From Candidatus Omnitrophota bacterium (GTDB taxonomy: Bacteria; Omnitrophota; Gorgyraeia; Zapsychrales; Fredricksoniimonadaceae): a stretch of DNA of 64,000 bases. The position numbers and the translations under genes are program-made. The notes under the pieces were generated by a model. The model was not told where the DNA came from, ran no database searches, and saw nothing but the letters and a program-made list of their open reading frames with translations. Shown one piece after another: positions 48,346-54,872 of this stretch (its first letter is position 1; every line of letters starts with the position of its first letter). Location of the stretch: NCBI GenBank assembly GCA_015233335.1, contig JADFXX010000002.1, forward strand, positions 891-64,890. The letters are read 5' to 3'.

Positions 48346-50172
48346 TTACGGCACAGGAATTGTTGATTCATCTTTAGGCAAAGGATCATAATACGTCTTA
48401 TTGCCTTTTATAGCAGGGGATGTACTTATATATTCTTCAGAGTCGGCATGCACATCTCCATTGATGATATGCGGAGTTAAAAATATAACAATTTCAGATT
48501 TTTGCATATTTCGGTTTTCAGAATTAAACGCTTTACCGATAAAAGGTAAATCCCCTAAGACAGGAACCTTGGTCTTGCTATTGGAAACCTCATCCTTGAT
48601 CAAACCGCCGATGATGATGGTCACCCCATCCTTCACGCGAACGGTGGTTTGGACCTCGGAGGTATCAACAATAGGAATTGTGCTGCCTGTCGTTTTATCT
48701 TGAAAAGGAGTGGCCTCTTCATTGGAAATTTCAGGCTTGATCTTTATCGTAATGTACCCGTCTTCGTGGATGGACGGGGTCACGTGCAGTTTGACCCCGG
48801 TGTCGATAAAATTAACACTTTCTGCAGTGACCGGTGAGCCGGTAGCCGGAGTTGTGATCGAGCTTGTCGTATAAGGAGTGGTCGTTCCGATCAAAATACT
48901 GGCTTCCTGATTGTTGATCACAGCCAAATGAGGATTAGATAATGTGCGTGATTTGCCGAAAGTATCTAATGCTTGAAGAACGATATTATAGTTATCCCTG
49001 TTTAACGTCCCTATGGTCGCAGTACCGACACCGGCCGTTACCGCTCCCGGCAAACTGAAAGCGCTATGAAGGTCCACCACCGAATGGCCTGCTTTCGGAA
49101 TGATCTGTTCCCAATTGATTCCCATCTGATATTGGTCGCTCAAGGTGATCTGGACGATCTTCGCTTCGATAAAAACTTCCTTATCATCACGATCCAGCGC
49201 ATTGATCATGGCCTTGATCTCATCTATTTTAGAAGGGATATCCATCACAACCAGGGTATTGGAACGGGTATCAAATTCGACACTGCCGACATCCTTTGTC
49301 AGCATCGGAGTGATCGTCTTGGCCAGTTCATCGGTTTTCGCGTAATTGATATTAAAAACCTTGGTCTCGCGGGGAATGTCAATCTGCTTAATATACTTGT
49401 CTATTTCTGATAATTTCTTGGGAGTATCTTTGATGAACAGTTTATTGGAGAGACTGTCGAATTTGACACTACCGATCTTAGGACTGGTCATCTCCTGCAA
49501 TTTAGCAACCAGCGGCTGACCGGCTATATGCTGTAATTTATACACCTCCATCTGTGTCGGGGCGTCAATCGTCTTGATATAATCCAGCATTTGATTCAAT
49601 CTCTGAGGGACATCTTCGATAATAATGCTGTTAGATTGATCATCCGCGATCACTTTTCCGGCTTGACTTTTCACTTGGGCCAAGATCGCTACCACATCCG
49701 TTGCTTTTGCCGACTGAAGCGTTACGATGGTGCTCTCCATGCTAACCCCAAATTTATGACCGGTCGTCGCTTCATATTCAGCAGAGGTCATAATTTGAAC
49801 CACCCCACGGTTTTCTAGAAAAGCTAGGTCATTGGCTTGAAGGATGATCGTTAGAGCATCATGCACCTCAACGTTCTGTAAATAAATCGTCACCCGCCCT
49901 GTTATACTTTTTCCCGCGATAATATTTAACCCGGATTTAGCGGCCAATAATTTCAGAACATCATTGATGTCCATATCTTTTATCTCAAGTGTATCTAAAA
50001 TTGTCGACTTTTGTGATAAAGCGGCTAATGACGCATTAACAGCAGAGTCACGGGACGGATTTTCTGTGGGTGTTTCAGGCTTGTTGGCAACATCCAACAA
50101 CGGTTGGGACCAGGAGATACTGGAAGAAAAGAACCAGAAAATAAAAAATATTAGCTTAAAGCCCCTAAACAT
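48346..50172 (-). CDS. gspD: T2SS secretin GspD
   Basis: 608 aa. Signal peptide, N0/N1-type domains, C-terminal secretin core (VPVLGDLPFIGKAF...EIVIFLTPHI). Confidence 0.9.
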   Translation of the reverse strand: MFRGFKLIFFIFWFFSSSISWSQPLLDVANKPETPTENPSRDSAVNASLAALSQKSTILDTLEIKDMDINDVLKLLAAKSGLNIIAGKSITGRVTIYLQNVEVHDALTIILQANDLAFLENRGVVQIMTSAEYEATTGHKFGVSMESTIVTLQSAKATDVVAILAQVKSQAGKVIADDQSNSIIIEDVPQRLNQMLDYIKTIDAPTQMEVYKLQHIAGQPLVAKLQEMTSPKIGSVKFDSLSNKLFIKDTPKKLSEIDKYIKQIDIPRETKVFNINYAKTDELAKTITPMLTKDVGSVEFDTRSNTLVVMDIPSKIDEIKAMINALDRDDKEVFIEAKIVQITLSDQYQMGINWEQIIPKAGHSVVDLHSAFSLPGAVTAGVGTATIGTLNRDNYNIVLQALDTFGKSRTLSNPHLAVINNQEASILIGTTTPYTTSSITTPATGSPVTAESVNFIDTGVKLHVTPSIHEDGYITIKIKPEISNEEATPFQDKTTGSTIPIVDTSEVQTTVRVKDGVTIIIGGLIKDEVSNSKTKVPVLGDLPFIGKAFNSENRNMQKSEIVIFLTPHIINGDVHADSEEYISTSPAIKGNKTYYDPLPKDESTIPVP

Positions 50173-50681
50173 TAGCCACCTTTGTCATTTGATCCTTTAT
50201 GGATCGCTAAAGGGATATCTTGTCCTTGATAATTTATAATCAATTGATTCTTATTCACCCGCACAATCCTGATCCCAGCTTGGGGTTTCCCCTGATCTAT
50301 AAAATACGTCATGTGCGCCAAAGTATCTTCAATGATCACCTCGGATGTACCGGCTATTAAAATACCTACTATTTTTAAATGAGCAGGAAGCTGTCCCTTC
50401 GGAGTTATTTCAACATTCCCAGACGGGCCGATAGCAGTGGGAGAGGAAAAAATATCCCTGTTTTGAGCCCAAACAGCCGCGTCATAAGGCTTTAGGTCTA
50501 ATTCCGGTGCAGGTTGGATAAACTCCGCAGCCTTAATCGGAACGTCAATGCTTTCAGGGAGCATAGAATTACCCTGACTTATGAACATCGAATAAGCCAC
50601 ATAGGCACAAAGCCCAAGTGTCAAGACCATGGACAAGCGCTGGACCAACCGTAACACAGGCCATGCAAAGGGAATCCCCAT
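50172..50681 (-). CDS. GspC/PilP-like inner-membrane T2SS component (tentative)
   Basis: 169 aa. One TM helix plus a small beta-rich domain (LKIVGILIAGTSEVIIED...IRIVRVNKNQLIINYQGQ). First gene of the gsp operon, ending 1 nt into gspD. Confidence 0.45.
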   Translation of the reverse strand: MGIPFAWPVLRLVQRLSMVLTLGLCAYVAYSMFISQGNSMLPESIDVPIKAAEFIQPAPELDLKPYDAAVWAQNRDIFSSPTAIGPSGNVEITPKGQLPAHLKIVGILIAGTSEVIIEDTLAHMTYFIDQGKPQAGIRIVRVNKNQLIINYQGQDIPLAIHKGSNDKGG

Positions 50682-50783
50682 ATTCTAATCTATAATTATA
50701 AACACTTATTTAAATATTAAAAAGTAAAAGATAAGTTTTTTTATTGCGGAATTACTCTTTCCTGTGCGAAATCCAGACAATCT

Positions 50784-53669
50784 TTATTTCTTTGGCGCAA
50801 CAACAGTTACTTTATTAGAAGCCTGACTTTCGATACCGCTCGAGTTAACAGCCGTGACATAGTAACTTCCCGAACTGATACCTAAAACATAAACGCCTGT
50901 TGTGGCCGAAATACTGCCGTAAAAAGAAAAAGTTGTGCCATTTACGGAACCATAAATATTATTCTTTGTAATATTCAGACTATTGGACTGCGTCCATTGT
51001 AAAAGCACCGCGGGAGTCCCTTTGTAGCTTGTCGCTAAACCCGTCAAATTGGCAACAGGCGCCACAGTTACGGAACTTTTGGGTGTCGCGCTCACTTGCA
51101 GAGAATTTGGGCTGACAGCCCCAAACCCGCTTACATTGATATATGTTGAAACAACATAGTAATAAGTTGCCCCATTAACAACCGTCGTGTCCTTAAAATT
51201 ATTGGCTGTGGCATAACCAATGGTACTGTAGGGCCCTCCGTTTACTGTCGATCTTCCGATATAGTACCACAATGCTTGGGATACCGCATTCCATGAAAGG
51301 GTCACACTCCCCGACGCTGGAACAGCAGCCAATCCACTGGGAGCCGGTGGCGGTGCAAACGGAGTGACCATATACAGATTAGAATTCGGGCTTTCTCCTC
51401 CAGCATTGAGGGCACTGACAGTATAATAATAAGTCATTTGGTTTTTGGCGGATGTGTCCACATATGTTAAGTTCTTTGTTTGGCTTGTCAGTACAGTAAA
51501 GGGGCCGCTCGTCGCAGTGGATCTTTTGACATTATACGACGTCGCCCCGACACTGGCATTCCAGGACACGGCAACTTGATTATTACCGGGCATCACTGAA
51601 AGACCTGTAGGAGCCGCCGGAGGCGAAAGGGCCGGAGCCATAGGCTTGGCCTGCACCTGTGAGGAATTGGCACTTTCTCCAGCCGCATTGACTGCGCTCA
51701 CTACATAATAGTATGTTGTTCCATTGGCAACTGACGTGTCCGTATAGCTGCCTGTCTTAACAGCGCCACTGACAGAGATCGTGGAATATGGCCCTGCGCT
51801 GACCGTAGATCTTTTAACATTGTAATAAACAGCTGTTGTGCTGATGCCCCAAGCAAGAGCGACTTGCGCATTGCCTGCGGTAGCATTTAAACTAGTAGGC
51901 ACGGCCGGAGGAACAGCCTTAGTTGATCCAACCAAGTCATTATACAAATTTACACCATTAAAGGCCCCCAAACCCGTTGCATCATCGAAACCCGCCTGAG
52001 CAGTATAATACTGGTTATTGCCGGCTACTATGTCATGAAAATCTGTAGAATATTTGCTGCCAGCAGCTAAGAGATAAAGCACGGGATTTAAAAATCCTAC
52101 GATCGATTGACCGGCGTGTACCCTGCCTTGATTGACCTGGGCCAAAAAAGCAGCCCAGGTCGGTGCAGCTATGCTGGAACCCCAGAAACCATACCACCCT
52201 GAAGATTGAGGAGCGGTCGTTATATAAAAAGCATATGCGGTCGAGGGGTCCGCTGTCAGGGAAACATCCGGCACATTGCGCATAGTTTTTGATACCTTTG
52301 AAGCACTGCTCGCTGTTGATGCCATGGCTTGTTGATAAGAAGGAATAGTGTTAAACATGCTTACCCCACCGCCGCCATAGAGGGATGAGGTCTCACTCTT
52401 ATAGGTCCCATCGGAATTCATGACCAAGGCACTAATCCCAACGCCCGTTGCAAACGGTTGAGAAGAAGGCTCATCGGCTGATAATGTTTTTGTCGAACAA
52501 TCAGCATAAGCTCCGCAATCTCCTGATGCCACAAATACTTCCTGTCCCTGAGCTGCCATTCTTTGAAAAATCTGATTATCAAAACTCACTGTCGGAGCAT
52601 AGTACTCAGCAAGACCCCAGGAACAACTGATGATCTTGGCTAAATTATCATTGGCGATTTTGGTCCACTCATCATCCCAAGCTTGAAACGTGTTCGGGGC
52701 TTCATAAACATAAATCTTGTTAATAGACCAGGGCGCAATCCCTATCAATTCCTCAATATCGAGAGTGACCTCTTCGTTGCCTCCGTTGTAGGTCGGCAAT
52801 CCATTAAATCCATCAACAAGGACATTCTGCAACGTCACACTATTATTAGGAAGATGAAAATAGGATTCATACGCCGCAATGTCGCTTTGTAAATATCCGT
52901 CAAGCTCAAAAAGAGCCACATTTTGCAGTGAACTGGGATCACTGATAGATGGAATGGCGTTAAGATTATACGCTTTTTGCACATCCCCGAAAGCAAGATA
53001 TCCTCCTGGACCTGTGCCCATGTGAGGAACCGCCACCTGAGCTTGACCAAAACTTTGAGAAGGATTGAGTGGCAAGCGGTTCGAATGAGGCTTGAATTTA
53101 AGCGCGTTGTCCATACCCCCAACTGCCCAAACCTTCCCGACAATTTCCGTTGAAATCGTTGGGTTGGCGTCGGGAGCAAAAAACGTTGTACCGTCGTTCT
53201 TGGAATAATGGTTAATATGCACCCCGAAGGTTTTCTCAACGACCCCCACCGCTCCTTTTATCTGCAAAACAGTCCCGTTAGGTGATTGGGTAATTATTGT
53301 AAACCCTCTGGAATTAAAGTAACTTTTTAATTTATTTAAGTCCATATCAGAAGACTTGAACTGCTGATTAAACTGATCTGAAGTTAAAAAATGATGATAA
53401 TTAGGGCTGGTCGGATCATAAATACTTTTAAGCAAAGTGTCTAATTGTACTTGGTTCGTTAAAGGTACTATGATCCTCAAATCCATCATTTCATTAGCAT
53501 CAGCATGGTGATCAAATTTAGACAAAGCCACTGCTTGCGGCACATGTCCGGCCAATGTGCGGCTGCCATCAAGGTTATCTTTGTAATGCAAGGTTGTATC
53601 AGCAAATGAATATTGGGCCATTGCGCCCATAAAAATGACCAATAAAATCTTAAGAAGATTTTTGCGCAT
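50784..53669 (-). CDS. Secreted S53 (sedolisin/kumamolisin-like) serine-carboxyl peptidase with four C-terminal FN3 domains (paralog 1)
   Basis: 961 aa. Signal peptide; pro-kumamolisin-type activation region (DLRIIVPL...YDPTSPNYHHFLTSDQF); catalytic motifs EVTLDIE, ASGDCGAY and WGSSIAAPTWA; four repeats of about 90 aa with YNVKRS / TYYYVVSAVN patterns. Confidence 0.85.
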   Translation of the reverse strand: MRKNLLKILLVIFMGAMAQYSFADTTLHYKDNLDGSRTLAGHVPQAVALSKFDHHADANEMMDLRIIVPLTNQVQLDTLLKSIYDPTSPNYHHFLTSDQFNQQFKSSDMDLNKLKSYFNSRGFTIITQSPNGTVLQIKGAVGVVEKTFGVHINHYSKNDGTTFFAPDANPTISTEIVGKVWAVGGMDNALKFKPHSNRLPLNPSQSFGQAQVAVPHMGTGPGGYLAFGDVQKAYNLNAIPSISDPSSLQNVALFELDGYLQSDIAAYESYFHLPNNSVTLQNVLVDGFNGLPTYNGGNEEVTLDIEELIGIAPWSINKIYVYEAPNTFQAWDDEWTKIANDNLAKIISCSWGLAEYYAPTVSFDNQIFQRMAAQGQEVFVASGDCGAYADCSTKTLSADEPSSQPFATGVGISALVMNSDGTYKSETSSLYGGGGVSMFNTIPSYQQAMASTASSASKVSKTMRNVPDVSLTADPSTAYAFYITTAPQSSGWYGFWGSSIAAPTWAAFLAQVNQGRVHAGQSIVGFLNPVLYLLAAGSKYSTDFHDIVAGNNQYYTAQAGFDDATGLGAFNGVNLYNDLVGSTKAVPPAVPTSLNATAGNAQVALAWGISTTAVYYNVKRSTVSAGPYSTISVSGAVKTGSYTDTSVANGTTYYYVVSAVNAAGESANSSQVQAKPMAPALSPPAAPTGLSVMPGNNQVAVSWNASVGATSYNVKRSTATSGPFTVLTSQTKNLTYVDTSAKNQMTYYYTVSALNAGGESPNSNLYMVTPFAPPPAPSGLAAVPASGSVTLSWNAVSQALWYYIGRSTVNGGPYSTIGYATANNFKDTTVVNGATYYYVVSTYINVSGFGAVSPNSLQVSATPKSSVTVAPVANLTGLATSYKGTPAVLLQWTQSNSLNITKNNIYGSVNGTTFSFYGSISATTGVYVLGISSGSYYVTAVNSSGIESQASNKVTVVAPKK

Positions 53670-53714
53670 AATTTTTCCTTTTAAAAATTGGAAACTGATA
53701 AAGGGAGGGTATTA

Positions 53715-53815
53715 AAAAGAGGTTATCCGAGGTCCGCTCGACTACCATAGGTTGCCCTTTAGGTTCGATCCTTTGCGCCGCCAGGTTTCCCTGACTTTGC
53801 CTTTTACTCTAACCG
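53715..53815 (-). promoter_or_regulatory. Candidate c-di-GMP-I (GEMM-I) riboswitch aptamer (boundaries approximate)
   Basis: Minus-strand RNA: AAAAGGCAAA-GUCAGG-GAAA-CCUGGC-GGCGCAAAGG-AUCGAA-CCUAAAG-G-GCAA-C-CUAUGG-UAGUCGAGCGGACC. This gives GGCAAA, a 6-bp helix with a GAAA tetraloop, CGCAAAG, both halves of a tetraloop receptor, and AGCGG, in the GEMM-I order. Confidence 0.75.
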
Positions 53816-53817
53816 GT

Positions 53818-53846
53818 AGTATACCATCTCATCGATCGGCTGTCAA
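53818..53846 (-). promoter_or_regulatory. Sigma70 promoter driving the riboswitch leader
   Basis: Minus strand: TTGACA (53846..53841), 17 nt (GCCGATCGATGAGATGG), TATACT (53823..53818). Confidence 0.6.
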
Positions 53847-53884
53847 AATGCGGAAAAAAAGAAGATGCACGGCCTTTTCAATTG

Positions 53885-54859
53885 CTATATTTGCAGCCCT
53901 ATACGCAAACCGTACTCTTGGGTATTATTTCTCGGTTCATAAAGAACCGCGGTGGGATCAGTCGGATCAACTTTACTATTAGACTGCGCGATCTTCCAGT
54001 ATCGATAAAATCCTTCTGCAAAAGCAGTAAAATACTTAAAATATAAATTCAACCTTAAAGAGGCCCTCAAGCCATACCCGCCTCTTTGATCTACGACGAG
54101 CGTACTATAACCCGGGATGTCTCCTAATTTGCTCACCTGCCAACCATTAAACATATAATCATACTCAAGGTTGCTTTCAAAACTGGAATTAGGATATTTC
54201 TGATATACAATATCTGCTCCTAAAGGCAAGTAGCAATAATGTGAGAACCTTTTATACCCTTGCAAAGTATACTCATCGGTGACAGTAATCAGCCCTTCTG
54301 AGTTATCTTTCAAATACCTGTAGCCAAAACCAAAGTATCCTGTTGTCCTCAAATAGGAAGAAGGGTAGAAATCTTTTCCGACGACACCTCTTATATCAAA
54401 GGTGCTATCTTTAATGCCAGAAGGCCCTTGATCAGGAGCTTGTTTAAATTTCCCGCTAGCCCACTGCCCTTGAATTCGGAACATATTAATAATGGATTGA
54501 GGAGCGCTAGTCATTCTATGGGAAAATTGGGCACTGTATCCCGACATAAATCCTTTTTGATACATATTCTTAGGCTCGTCGTATTTAGCCCAATACAGTT
54601 CAGGGCTGAAGCTTAACTCATTTGTCTTAGGAGCGATGGCGGGCTTGAAAGAAGGAATTATAATAGTGTTATTCTTAGAAGGAGAAGCAACTGACGGCTT
54701 AATACCCGAAATTTCTATTTTGTCCAATTCTTGATTAACTTGCCGCATATGCACGTAACTGGAGGGCAAGTAATTCTCTGACCAGTTGTCCGCACAACAG
54801 ACAGAAATAGCGAAAAAATATATCGTCGCAGATAAGATAATTAAAGAAAATCGCATCAT
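53885..54859 (-). CDS. Putative outer-membrane beta-barrel protein (unknown family)
   Basis: 324 aa. N-terminal signal, Pro/Ser-rich linker, then about 230 aa with alternating aromatic beta-strand periodicity ending ...YGLRIGLQI. Confidence 0.5.
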   Translation of the reverse strand: MMRFSLIILSATIYFFAISVCCADNWSENYLPSSYVHMRQVNQELDKIEISGIKPSVASPSKNNTIIIPSFKPAIAPKTNELSFSPELYWAKYDEPKNMYQKGFMSGYSAQFSHRMTSAPQSIINMFRIQGQWASGKFKQAPDQGPSGIKDSTFDIRGVVGKDFYPSSYLRTTGYFGFGYRYLKDNSEGLITVTDEYTLQGYKRFSHYCYLPLGADIVYQKYPNSSFESNLEYDYMFNGWQVSKLGDIPGYSTLVVDQRGGYGLRASLRLNLYFKYFTAFAEGFYRYWKIAQSNSKVDPTDPTAVLYEPRNNTQEYGLRIGLQI

Positions 54860-54872
54860 AAGAAATAGACGA

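Noticed and set aside
52835-53239. 134-aa minus-strand ORF inside S53 paralog 1, and 147-aa ORF 39518..39961 antisense to LysR
   Set aside because: These are out-of-frame or antisense to genes with clear domain signatures, and their translations have no motifs. They are alternative-frame artefacts.
53700-53745. Attempt to define the riboswitch expression platform (terminator UCGAG-CGGAC-CUCGG plus U5, or SD-sequestering UUUCC...GGAAA hairpin)
   Set aside because: The candidate stems are only 5 bp, and the U-tract is 6 nt away from the hairpin. P1 pairing is also ambiguous: GGUUA/UAACC may lie upstream of the predicted transcription start. I therefore report the aptamer only and leave the on/off logic open.
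53752-53982. 76-aa plus-strand ORF in the gap upstream of S53 paralog 1
   Set aside because: It is antisense to the riboswitch/promoter region and to the 3' end of the barrel gene. It has no SD, and the region is better explained as a structured minus-strand leader.
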